Positions 1 through 27,171 of a stretch of DNA of 64,000 nt are shown in pieces. Source of the stretch: Camelus dromedarius (Eukaryota). The notes beneath the pieces are model-generated. The model searched no databases, had not been told where the DNA came from, and was given only the letters and a program-made list of their open reading frames with translations. How positions within the stretch are numbered: position 1 is the stretch's first letter; the number at the start of each line of letters is the position of its first letter. The DNA is taken from NCBI RefSeq assembly GCF_036321535.1, contig NC_087438.1, positions 99,014,001-99,078,000 of the forward strand, given 5' to 3'. The position numbers and the translations under genes were made by a program.

Positions 1-1700
1 AAGATGCTAAACATTTATTAATATTTATAAATTGGAAGATTGGCATTACACAACCTGCAGCACACTGAGTTCAGGAAAACAAAAGGTTTCTAACACCACA
101 AAAGAAGATGAAAATGATTCCAGCATAAACAGAATCTCAAAGGTCCCCAATCCTGAGTGTCAGAAATATTCTGTCTTGTCTACAGGTGAAAATTTACACC
201 TCAAAGAGAACATGTGGACTATAACTCACACTTCCACAGTGATAAGAGGAGAATTTCAGAGCTAAATCTATAAAACTTTTAAAAGAAAACAGAAGAAAAT
301 CTTAGTGACTGTGATTTTAGCAAAGATTTTTGAAATATGATCAAAAAAGCAAAAAGGAAAAATAATTGGACTTCACCAAAATTAAACATTTTTGTTCTTC
401 ACAGGGGAAGAAAACATTTGCAAAACATAATCCAACAAAGGACTTGTATTTAGACTGCAATAAAAAAAATTTTAAGTGAGCAAAAAGTTTTGAACAGCTA
501 CTTCAAGGAAGATACAGCTAGTAAATAAGTACATGAAAAGATGCTCAACATCATTAAAGAAATGCAAATTAAAGCCACATTGAGCAACCACTTGTCAACT
601 GAAAAAAAAAATGCATAATCTGTAAGTTTTATTCAGTGGCCTTACTGAGAACCATAGACCGTGTAGCAGCCTCTCAGGGACTGAGGGACTGTTCCAAAGA
701 GGTAAGAGAGAAGTCAGGATATATAGGAGCTTTTGCTGGGGAAAAAAACCATGTAGTTGAACATCAGATGATTACTGCTAATCACAAAAACCAGACATCT
801 CAAGTTAATGATTTTTTAGTTCCTTTCTATGTATGGGAAGATATAAGAGTCTGGGCTTAGAAATCAGTCCTTTGATATGCATCTTATCTACATAGGGTCA
901 GTATCCTGTTTTTCTCCATTCTGAATTCCCCTCAGGATGTCCCCTTAGGACAGCTACAGTGGCTGATGGCTTTATGGCCACAACATCCTTTGTTTACTGA
1001 AATGGCAGGTGACATTCTTTATCCACTCACTACATACCCAATAAAGTGGCTAAAGTTTAAGACTGATCATACCAAGAGCTGGCAAGGAACCAGAACCCAT
1101 ATACTGTTTGTGAGAATGTAAAATGGTACAACCACTTTGGATAACAGTTTGGCCATTTCTTTAGAAGTTAAACATAGTGCTACCGTATAACCTAGCCATC
1201 CCACTCCTAAGTATTTACAAAAGAGAAATGAAGGCCTGTGTCCAGACAAAAACTTGTACATGAATGTTCACAGCAAAACAAGAAAAAACAAAACTGAAAA
1301 CAACCCAAATGCCCATCAACAGATAAAAAATAAATTCTGGTAAATCCATACAATGTAGTACTACTCAGGAATAAAAAAGAATGAGCTAATAATATAGCTA
1401 ACATACATTATGCTGAAAGAAGCCAAAAGAAAGAGTTCATATTGAGTATAATTCCATCTATACAAATGTCTAGAAAATACAAACTGATCTATAGTTATAA
1501 AAAGCAAATCAGTAGTTAGTTACCTGGGGATTGGGGCACAAAGAGAGGTGCAAATGAGAGATTAGAACGGGGCAGGAGGAAACTTTTGAGGGTGATGGAT
1601 ATATTCATTATCTTGTTTGTGGTAATGGCTTCACAAATTGTACACTAGATATATGCAGTTTATTGTATGTTAATCATACATCAGTAAAGCTGTTTGAAAA
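1..1700 (+). mobile_element. Old L1 (L1M-type) 3' fragments, split by the LTR
   Basis: Typical L1 3' motifs: AAGATGCTCAACATCATTA, AAATGCAAATTAAA, GAATGTAAAATGGTACAACCACTTTGG, CAACCCAAATGCCCATCAAC. Confidence 0.75.
593..1027 (-). mobile_element. ERV1-type solo LTR (MER41-like Laurasiatherian family, name from memory) nested in an old L1
   Basis: ~435 bp, begins TGTC on +; 4-bp TSD CACT at 589-592 and 1028-1031; removing it rejoins L1 sequence ACCACTACATACCCA; AATAAA on - at 628-633. Confidence 0.7.
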
Positions 1701-1869
1701 AAGATGGTGATGTCCAAAGTGTCTGCGGCAAAACAACCAACCAAACAAAAAGGTGAAGACCCCTGAATAAAATGTAACCTACTCTAGGGGAAAAGGGAAA
1801 AAACAGAAAAAAAGCAAGTGAAGGTTATCTTTTCACTTGATCCTAAAGTTCTAACATTAAAAAAAAAAG

Positions 1870-2690
1870 GCACCCAACTATGCCTATAAGAGACTCACTT
1901 TAGTCTTAAGGATACACATAAGCTCAAAGGGAAGGGTTAGAAAAGGAAATGCAAGTGGAAACCAGAGGAGATCAGGGGTAGCCATACTTCTATTTGACAG
2001 AATAGACTTTAAGCCAAAGAGTATATAAAGATTTATACAATGATAAAGGGGTCAATTCATAAACAAGATATAACAATCATAAATATATACTCACTAAACA
2101 TTCAAACACCTAAATATATTAAGTAAATAATGACAGATCTGAAGGGAGCAATAGACAATACAATAATAGTAGGGGAATTTGAAACCCCACTTTAGCAACA
2201 GATAGCTCATCCAGACAGAAAACCACAAGGAAACACTGGACTTGAACCATACTTTAGACCAAATTGGCTTAACAGACATGTGAAACATTTCATCCAACAG
2301 TGGCAGAATACACATTCTTCTCAAGCATGCACAAAATGTTCTGCAGGACAGATCATATAAGCCACAAAACAAGTCTTACCTTTAATTTACGAGGACTGAA
2401 ATCATACCAAATATTTTTTTCAGCCATAAGGGGAAGAAAGTGGAGATCAACAAAAGGAAAACTGGAAAATCTACAAGTATTTAGAAATTAAACAACACAC
2501 TTTTGAATAACTAATGGGTCAAAGAAGAAATCAAAAGGAAAATAAATACATCTTGAAATAAGTGAAAATGGAAACACTACTCACCAAAATTTATGGAATA
2601 CTACAAAAGCAGCTTATCGTGATAAATTTCTATATCAAGAAAAAAGAAAGCTCTTAAACAACTTAACTTTATGCCTCAAGGAACTAAAAA
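1870..2690 (+). mobile_element. Decayed L1 ORF2 endonuclease-region fragment
   Basis: GTAGCCATACTTCTATTTGACAGAATAGACTTTAAG, GGGGAATTTGAAACCCCACTTTAGCA, GAATACACATTCTTCTCAAG; many stops and frameshifts. Confidence 0.8.
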
Positions 2691-5600
2691 AAAAGGGAAG
2701 TGGCTATATCTGAGATATAAGCCCACTACCTTGGTTTTCTGTGATCCTGAGGATCAAAGATGGTTTATAAATCAACCTCTGTTGGATCCTTAGAGTATGC
2801 TGAATCTTAAAAGAAAATGCAAATCCTATTGCTTTCAAACAGTTCTATTTCTAAAACAGGGAATAAGTTATAGAATCAGAAATTCAGAAAAATAATCTAG
2901 GACATCATGAACTCTACCTGTATCTGCTACCCTAACAAAATGCCAAAGTAGCTACTGCCTAAGGACCACTTATAACCACAACAAAGGATGGAATTTCCCA
3001 TCTTCAGAATAATAATGCTTCCACATAGGAATGCTATGTGTCTCTCATACTGCAGTTCATTATGCTTATTCTCTTTTATGTCCCCTTATTTGTTTCATCC
3101 CCCTTCCTGGAGGGAAAAAAATGTAAGCAAACATTTAAAAGGACAAATTGACACTCCCTAACTGTCACAGAGCCAAGCAAGAGAGTCAGTTTCTTCAATC
3201 TTTTTCCTCTCAGTCTCACAGCTTCTAGCGTATCTGTTCTTAGATAAACCCTTTCTACTACTCCAGCTATTCCAAGACCCTGAAATTTACTAAAGGAAAT
3301 GTAGAATCCAAAATGTATGCTGCTTCTCCTCCGTGTATTTATCCATTTCCAACCTACAAGTGTAAGAAGGGATTGCTGCACTGAGTGGGTGTTAAGGCTT
3401 GGTGACATTTAAAGTCCCTTCCAACTCTAAAAATTTTAAGGCTACCACTCATAGCAAGCTTTAATAATGAATGGAAGTAAGAATCTCAAAGTTAAAAGAA
3501 CAATGATTCACCCAGAGTCAATCGGTAATCAGTGGTAATATTTCTTAAAATACTGGTCTCAATTTCTCTTTTCTTTCAGTAATTCTTTTACTTCCTTTTT
3601 TTTCTTAATTTTTTTCTTTCTCATCTCCCATGAGCCATGGGAAAATCTTTTACTTTCTTTAAAACGGTTCTTAAATTCGAAAAACTGTGTTTGGAAAAAA
3701 AAAAAAAGGTAGAAAATAAGATATGTTCTTTACTTTTCGATTTTAGCTTCGAGGTTTTAAGACATTTGAGTATCAACAGCGTTTAGTGCTCCTGCTTCCC
3801 CAAAGGCCTGGCTATCCATGGGACTAGAATCAGTCCTTACAGCAGCAGGGGAGTAATAAAAACAAAGCAGGAGGGGATGACAGACAGCTGGGCAAGGGGA
3901 AAGAGTGGAGGGAAGGGATCACAGACAGCTGGTCAAGGGGAGAGAGTTGGCAATATCCTGCCTAACCTTAATTAGGGGAAATACCCAATGCTGCCTCGCT
4001 AGTTAACAAGAGGTCAATTTTTCCCCTTCTGCTTTCAGACAAAAGTGATTGAGAACAAGAGGCTCAACATATTAAAGAAAAACCCTTTAATACAAGGTTT
4101 GTTTCAATATGGGGATGCTTTTTGTAGTCATGAATGACTTCAGCTGAGACATAAAATGGGAGAAAACACCACCTGCATATACAAACTCTTTGTTTCTCTG
4201 TAATACTTAATATTTCTTGTTAATAAACATGATTTTAACCTGCTCTTCTAAATCATGTGGCATAACCTTATCTTTTAAGCCTCTATGACATTTCACTGAA
4301 AATATGACACTCTCCAAGAATAACTTGGCAATCGATTTATAAAATACACCGAGCACCCCAGGGAAGAGCAAAAGGTGATTTCATCATACAGCATGTAAAA
4401 TTACTCTATTCTGACCCACGTGCCTATTAATAAAGTTAAATCACTTCTCACTTATTACTCTTGTCTTAGCTTTTTAAATGAACATAATTTACAATCATAA
4501 AATGTTCAGCTCTTTTTATAAAAATATCCCAACATTTACCAGCTCTCTCAAGGCAGAGATTTCAATTCTGAGGCATTCCCTCAGTTTCCCCTCCTATGAG
4601 GGAGGATTTCCTTTGAGACAAGTAAATGTAATATTATCCATTGGGTCCTTGGGCTGTCTCTTTAAAGACCAGGCAGGAAGAAGGGCAAATTTTTAAGGTG
4701 TCATTCTGTCATCTCAAACAACTCAGTAACATTCCTGTAGGCTACCCTCCCTCTTTCCAAGCTAAGTGATCCCTATGTTCGTCATCTTTCAAAAATCACA
4801 AATGACTTGCATAAAATTCTCTGTATACTCCCTGTTTTTCAGTAACCTTTTGTATTAAAGTTAATGTCTTCTTTAAGAGGAAAGAAGCAGATACCTGCAT
4901 GAACAACTCCACTTCTTTCATAATCTCTACCTTTCCTAATATCTGTTTAGAATTCTGCCTGGTGTCCTTCACCTTTGACTGCTCTCATTTTGGATAGACA
5001 CAGGTCTACAACTAAACATTTATACTTTCACTATCACTTTGCTTTTAGAAGGGCATGAAACTGCAACATGGTAATAATTCAACATAGGCAAGATTTTAAC
5101 ATTTACATTCTCTTGTCTCTAATCCCACACTAGAATTCACAGTTTACAAAGTCAGGTTCCTAGCTGAATCAAGAAGCAATATTCTTTCTTAAAATATATC
5201 AATTTGTTGATTGTATGAGAAGACATGGAGTCTATAAAATGCAGGAGTCTTTAAAACGCAGCCTCCTGACATCCTGGTTATACTCACTTCCCTTACACAT
5301 ATTTCAGAAACCAGTCTGACACCCACATTCATCACTGCTGAAAAGTCACAAAACACTCTGTTCATTTAGCTTTTTATTTTCCTTCATGTTAAGGACTTCC
5401 AAAAGGAACTGGAGGAGGGATATGCTCATGGCCCAGGAGAAGACAGACTCAAGAAGAACCAAGAGGGAATGGAACACCAGGCAGCCTGACTTCAGCCACA
5501 CGCATTAGCATCTTGAACAACTACATGTTTTAAAAAGGTGATCCCAACCACTTTTTAAACTTTACACTCCTTGAATCCTTTCCACACAAGATGCCTTGAA

Positions 5601-7487
5601 GGTTATGACCAGATCTTTGGCAATTTGTGTTCTCATCAGTTGATCCACGCTTAGAACCTGCCTAAGCCTGGAGAGGTATGTAGCAGCTAAAGGGATCAGT
5701 AACCCCTTAGATACAAATAACCTTCAGGCACACTAAGTCCAAACCAGAGCAGTTTTACAAAATACTCCATTACAAATTCTTAATGGAGATCCTGAGGGCA
5801 TACACTCTAAAAAGGTAGAGTAGGCGAAAGAGCTTTGAGTTCACTTTTAGCCTGTAGTTCAAGAAAACTAAGCCATGGGTAACAAAAGCACACTAGCAAT
5901 CTCGCCCACTCCACACCCCCCCATATACATACACAGACACAAAGAGAAGTGGATTGCAGCGCTCCTCCCAGGCTCTCACTTCCACAGTTCTCACAGAAAG
6001 AGCAATGAGAAAGACAGAATATCCTGAAGCCTTGAGGTATAGTTGGCAATGAAAGGGTTAAGCAGCTTTCCTGGAAGCTTTCTAATCCCCTAGCTAGGCA
6101 CGCAATTCTCCACACTACCTGTGCCACAATTTTTGGTTTTTAAAGTTCAGCAGGTTAAGCGTTACAACCAACACCTCACAAAGAAAAAGAATTTGCTTGG
6201 TTCAGCTCCACTCTCTCTAAAGCAAACACCAACAGCCCTGAGCCAAATCCACTCAGCACACACAAGAGTCCATGTACAGTCCAAAAAACAGATGAAAAGC
6301 AGTTGAATTTCCTCAGGTAGCTCACCTTTTAGCCCCACACACTCAGGAGAGTTCACAATTTGTGAAACACTTAAGTATTAGATAAAACAAAAGTACATAT
6401 AAAATTCTATTAAGGACTAGGAAAACATTTATAAGTCACAGAGGTCACTATAAATCAGCAAGAATAGCTAGAATTCGGGTGAGGAAGGTCAAACAGTACC
6501 CATGGAAACAAAAGCAAAACAAAATAATACAGAAACAGAAGGACTATGAGCGTAAAACTTAAGGCTCAGAAGGAAACCTCTCTAACCAGAGGGTCATTCT
6601 TACCCTAAAGAAACATAGGGGAATTTGCCTTAGTCACCATAGGAGGAAGGTTGTCACTACTATTAAGCCTATATTTCTAGGGAAAAACGAAGATGTTCAC
6701 CAGATAAAAACAGTTACAGACAGCCTACAGTCACTGCAAAGGACAGTCCAGAAACACCTGTCTTGCTAGAAATAGGTAGGAAGAAATGAGTCACTATTTT
6801 AATTCTGTTTACTGTCCACATCTCAACCCTCTAGGTCCCAAAGCAACATTTTTTTCCTGTTTCCATCACTTTTATCAGTTTTCTTGCCAAACTTGTGGAT
6901 CGGGGTCAGGATGCTAAAGAGTGGGGATTAGAGAAGAGAGAAAGAAAGGGTTAGAAGGCATTTCTACTAACATAGAAAGAGATACTGGGGTGGGAGTGGT
7001 AGTAATTACCTGGGAGAAAAGACTAAATCACTACAGTTACAAGTAGCAAATGGTTATTAAGATGCTAGACTTTCCCTCTCTTGGACAGTGCCTCATATCT
7101 TTCAAAGTTTATATGGTAAAAAGCAAACAAATAGCTCTCTGGAGAGGGGAGTAAAAAAGAAGAGTTATAGTGTGAAAACGTAATGAGATACGACAGTGTT
7201 ACATGACTACATGACTATCAAGATTCTTTCAGATTGGAAGTAACTGGTACCTGAGGAAAGCAAGACTCTTCTACAGGTTAAAAAAAAAAATTAAAAAAAA
7301 AAAAAAAAAAAAAGGATGTCCGTAGCCTGGGGCACAGGAGGTGGCAGAAGAGCTGAGGAGACAGTTATCATGAGAAATGTATGAAAGACAGTTCAGTTAG
7401 GTACTCACTAACTTCTTGGCCTTTTAGTCTAACTTCCTCCCCATGGGGGAGGTTTATCACCATCCTATGTCAAGAAGGGCATGATTA

Positions 7488-8576
<1,089 letters not shown>

Positions 8577-8699
8577 CTACCAACGGGGAAGGGTTGTGGG
8601 GTGGAAGAAAGCCGCGGAAGCGCACTACCTGTCCGGCGGGCCTAACCATTCGGACCCATGGGGGGGGGGGTGCTAAGTGGGTAGTGCAACTCTCCGGGA

Positions 8700-8715
8700 C
8701 AGCGCCCCCTGGCGG
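8700..8715 (-). promoter_or_regulatory. CTCF motif
   Basis: Minus strand reads CCGCCAGGGGGCGCTG, essentially the CTCF core consensus. Confidence 0.75.
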
Positions 8716-10186
8716 TTAGAGCAGCACAGGCCTCCCCGCTCCCAGGCATTGCCCACGTGGCTGTAAAGTCTGGACCCTCTCATACACCAGACCAGGATAT
8801 TATAATCTGAATCAAAAATCGCAAAGGAGAGACTGTTATCTTGGCATAAAACTTAGTGCGGGGCTTTCCAGAATAATACAGTTTTTTTATGTGTGCAATA
8901 CCTATGAAGCACAAGAGAGTGATAACTACTATTTACTTAAAGCTATGTGCCAAGTAATAAGCTAACCATTTACCACAATTTGCTCTATGCCAGGAACTAT
9001 GCAATACTCTACACATATTTTCTCACTCAATCCTCACAATGCCATGTTAGAGATTCCACTAGTCTCACCACTTTAAAAATAGAAAATGTGGATGTTGACA
9101 GTTGAAGTGATTTGCCCAAGGACTCATAAGATAAGTGACAAAAAAAATTAAAACCAGGTTAGTCTGCCAAGCCCTATGTTTAATCAGGGCTCCTTGACAT
9201 TAACCAAGCCTGAGTGAAAAGCTGTTCTCCAAAAGTATGTTCTTTGCTCTACCATCTTGATTCCTCCCTCAGTAATTTCATCCATTCTCCATCTACATCT
9301 GTCCCTTGTGTGAAAAGCAGGTGGCACCTACTAGGCCCTCAAAGTATGGACTTAATCAGCTTGAACACAACTGGCAAAAGATTTCAAATGTGTGTTCCTG
9401 GAGGGCAGAGTCAGTGACTCACTCACTCACTAGAGAGCCCTCAGTGCTCAGTCAGGGACTCTGCCAAGCTGGCTGGCTCCTAAATCTGACCTTCATCTCT
9501 CACCTTCCACTTTCTAACTGCCTGATGGAGAGCTGCACAGAGCTATCCAGACCAAACTTCAAACTCAGTTTGTCCAAAACAATTCAAAAGCTATTTACTT
9601 TCTAAGCTAGAGTGCTGAGAAGCGGACATGATCAAAGCATGAAAGGAGTGGCCCATCTATTACTCTTCTTTCTTGCACCACTGTCTACTCCTACTATAGC
9701 ACTTACCTCGTTTCTTACTGGATAGTAAACTCCAGGGAAGGGTCCATGTTTGTGTCTACTACAGTATCTAGCATCACTCTTCACATAGACAATGAAGATA
9801 ATGAGCAAATGCTTATGTCAGGCACTGTGCTAAGCACCTGACATGTGTTACCTCAGCATATCTTTATCAACAAGTATCCTCATTCCAAACACCAAGGTTC
9901 AAAAACCTGAAGTCATCTTCTATTCCCTCTCTTAAGATAGTAATCTGCCCAGGTTTGTTTAACTCTTAACCAGAATGCTCTATTAACTCCCTATATGTAA
10001 GTAAGATGATCCATGTAGAATACGTATACACAGGGCCTAATGTAAGGCAAGTGCTGAATGAATATAAACTATGATTTTTATTACATACATCATCACCCCA
10101 TCTTCTTTCTCTGTATACACAGTCAGCTAGCAAGAATTAAGAATATTCCTACAAAGGCAAAAAAGTACAAAAAAAACCCAACTTGG

Positions 10187-10192
10187 TTTATT
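10187..10192 (-). terminator. HDAC3 polyadenylation signal
   Basis: AATAAA on - ~550 nt after the stop, followed by a GU/U-rich tract. Confidence 0.8.
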
Positions 10193-10743
10193 GGATAAAA
10201 ACAGTGGTAAAATGGACATAAAACCAAAAGTCAGGACAGGACATTTTCACATCCTCCCCCATCTCAAAACCGCATCATCATCTGGGTCAAGGTGTTAGGG
10301 AGCCAGAGCCCCCTAAAATCCCTTATGCTTCACCTGCACTGGATGCAAGGCCTACATTAGGAGGACCCAGGAGAGGAGGGACTCGGAGGCAACCTTAGTT
10401 CTACCTCCTCATCCCTAACATCTCTAGGTCGGAAGAAAGCAGGAAAGGAATAAGGGAGCCAGGAGGGCTGGGACTGGCCTCTAGGTCCCACTACCCAGGA
10501 TATCCTAGAGATGGCTATCCTTGTCCCCATCCAATCCCTAATAGGTACCATTGTCAGGCCTTGGGAGGGAGAAGAAAGGGGATAGTTGGTTCAAGAACCA
10601 GATGTGGTCTCCAAACCCTCCCCCCAGCACTGGTAAAAACCCTGGAAGTCACCAGACCAGGAGTGGGGGAGCCACACCTTTTCCCTCCCACCCAACCAAG
10701 AGGTAAAAAGGAATTCCTGGGGACACAGCAAGCCCAGCCACTC

Positions 10744-24450
<13,707 letters not shown>

Positions 24451-25360
24451 ACCTGGTTCAGTCACCTTTCTCCCTTACCCACTTACCCTTCCTCCGAACA
24501 CCTCTTAGTGGCCAACAGACCCAGGCCAAATCCCGACCAAGCTTTCAGGAGGCCTAGTGATGCTTTCTTGAGTTAGCAAGGGAAGTGCCACCACCCTGAA
24601 GGCAGGGCTAGAGAAAGCAGCATGGGTGGGAAGGGCCCATTGATAGTAGTCTTGGATTCCCATTGATTTCCCCAACTTTTCAGCCCTGGCCCTTGAAATG
24701 CTAATGTACAGCATGATGGCAAGTTGGTAAAGGGGTAGGTTTTGAGCAGTAAGCCACAGAAGCCACCAGGTAATATACCCCCAAAGCTGACTCATTTCCC
24801 ACTTCCTTGCCAACCTCTTTCATCCTTCAGCTGAGGACGATGACATGAATGAGGACACAGTAGAGAGGATTGTTCGCTGCATCATCCAAAATGAAGGTGG
24901 GTGTAGGCTGGCCCCTGGTTCCCCACCTCCTCAACTTCCTCTTGCCCTGGCCTCCACCTTCACTGACTCCCTCTTTTCCTTCTCCCCTCAGCCAATGCTG
25001 AGGCCTTGAAGGAGATGCTGGGGGACAGTGAAGGAGAAGGGACAGTGCAGCTGTCCAGGTGAGCTAGAAACAAGGGTCAGCATGGTTTAGCTTGCCTTGG
25101 AGAGTACCCTCTCCTCCAGCACATTCCTGTCCCAGTCTCCTTGCATGTTTGAGGTGAAGGGGGAAGAGTAAGGCTGGCTCATGTACAGGAAGAAGGAAAT
25201 TGTGTAAAAATCCTGAGTCCTTCAAATCACATCTCTCCTCTGGATATCATCAAGCCTAACATTCACCCCTTGTGCCACTTGTCTGGGTTAAGCATTGCCC
25301 TCTTTTTAGCAAACAACCCTGGGAGGGAGAACACATGGTCACTAACATCTCCATATTGAC

Positions 25361-25366
25361 TTTATT
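25361..25366 (-). terminator. FCHSD1 distal polyadenylation signal (candidate, inside RELL2 intron 3)
   Basis: AATAAA on -; consistent with my recollection that the human FCHSD1 3' end lies inside RELL2. Confidence 0.5.
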
Positions 25367-26114
25367 AGATAAAGACAAGAAAAGAATGTTGGGGCCTGGG
25401 GGAGGTGGGGCATATGGGGGTTTAGGGCACACGCTGAAAGAACAGGAGCAAATGGAACAGGAGCAAAAATGGGAATGTCAGCCCTGCTCCCTTCCTCCCT
25501 ACTGTCCAGCATGGATGCCACCTCCAGCCTGCAAGATGGAGCCCCCTCCCATCATCACACAGTGCACCTGGGCTCCTCAGCTCCTTGTATCCACTGCAGC
25601 CGCAACAAGAGACCCCCACTTGTCCGTCAGGGACGTTCCAAAGAAGGAAAGAGTCGCCCTCGGCCTGGGGAGACCACCGTGTTCTCTGTGGGCAGGTGGG
25701 GATAGAGTACCCTGGGGAAAGGGAGGTTGAGATGGGGGCCCCAATGATCAGAGTGGGCCTGGCTCTTACTTCCCAGACTGTGAGCCCCAGCAGGAATCAG
25801 GCTGCACAATGTGCCCCACAATCTGAGGATGTCTCCCCTGCCCTAGGCTAGAGGGAAGCAGCCATCAAACCCAGGATATCCTTGATCAGAGGGAAGGGCC
25901 AAGCAGCCTCTGAGTTGTGATCCTAAGCCCCAGTGTTCCCTCCCCTCCCAGGTTCCGGGTGACACACATTGAGAAGCGCTATGGGCTGCATGAGCATCGT
26001 GATGGCTCCCCCACGGACAGAAGCTGGGGGTCTGGTGGGGGGCAGGACCCAGGGGGTGGTCAGGGGTTTGGGGGAGGGCAGCCCAGGGCAGGGATACCTG
26101 CCGTTGAGAGCCTG

Positions 26115-26186
26115 CCCCCAGAGAGGCCCCAGCCCCCAGAGAGGCGCCAGCCCCCAGAGAGGCCCCTGCCCCCAGAGAGGCCACAG
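26115..26186 (+). repeat. RELL2: Coding 18-bp tandem repeat x4 in RELL2 exon 5 (PPERPQ-like)
   Basis: CCCCCAGAGAGG(CCCCAG/CGCCAG/CCCCTG/CCACAG). Confidence 0.95.
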
Positions 26187-27152
26187 CCCCCGGCCATTGC
26201 CAGCCCCCCAGTGCAGAATGGAGGACTCAGGGACAGCAGCCTAGGCCCTCGTGCACTTGAGGGGAACCCTGGAGCCTCTGCAGAGCCGATGTTGCGGGCT
26301 GGAGGGAGGGGCCCAAGCTCAGGGCCAGTCGGTCAAGAGGCAAATGGACAGCCCAGCAAGCCGGACATCTCAGATCACCAGGTATGAAGACATTGCCAGG
26401 GTTGCGGTGGGCTGAGTTCTTACTGCCCCTACTCTGGGGGGCACTGGTATCACGGATATGACCCATTCTCTCATTGTTGACCCCTCCTCTCTCTCAGATG
26501 TCTCTACCACAGGGAGCAGGGGGTGTGTGAGGTGAGTCTGCCTGGGCCCCAGATCAGATAATCTCCTCCTCCCACACCACCCCTACTTTAAACTACCTAA
26601 TAAGCCCATGGGCTCCCTGACCCCCAGGGTAAACTGCAGGCTTAGCCTTTGGTACAGATTCCTTGGTTTGGTGGGGGGGGGGGGCGGGTGGACATGGGCT
26701 CCAGGGGCTAGGGAAGGCCTGGGGAAAAGAAGGGACACAACTTGAATAGGAAGCAACACTGTCACCCTTCCTCTCCCCCAAGCTTGCTTCTTCACTGCGC
26801 TAATGGACTACAAGCTGGCAGGGCCAGGGGGTGGGTAGGCACAAAGCCCCTCCTCTCCACTGGACAGCACTGCCCCCGAGCTGAGGGACCAGCCCTACTT
26901 CCACCTGGAGTTGCATGGTCTCAGGCTGGGGGACCTTGGGAGAAGTCCCCCCACCCCACTCTGGGCCCTTAGTCTCTTCGCCTTCCCCTGCCTGCCAGGA
27001 GGCCGCCTGACCTGCCTTCCCTCACTCCATATGCTAGAGCGTGGCGGCTGGGAGCAGGCCCCTGCCCTTGGTGGGCCCTTAAAGCAATAGCACCTTAGAT
27101 CCCCTGCCCTCTTGGCACAAGAGACCCAGGCCCTGGCTTGGGCTTCGTGCCC

Positions 27153-27158
27153 TTTATT
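27153..27158 (-). terminator. FCHSD1 proximal polyadenylation signal (candidate)
   Basis: AATAAA on - ~480 nt after the stop. Confidence 0.6.
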
Positions 27159-27165
27159 CACTGTC

Positions 27166-27171
27166 AATAAA
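27166..27171 (+). terminator. RELL2 polyadenylation signal
   Basis: AATAAA on + in the terminal exon. Confidence 0.75.

Noticed and set aside
6068-6076. STAT GAS site TTCCTGGAA (others near 32655 and 46820)
   Set aside because: About what chance predicts in 64 kb; no supporting context
7280-7313. Orphan poly(A) tract
   Set aside because: No element body or TSD; simple repeat
25843-26184. - strand ORF MASLGAGASLGAGASLGAG
   Set aside because: Mirror of the RELL2 18-bp coding repeat
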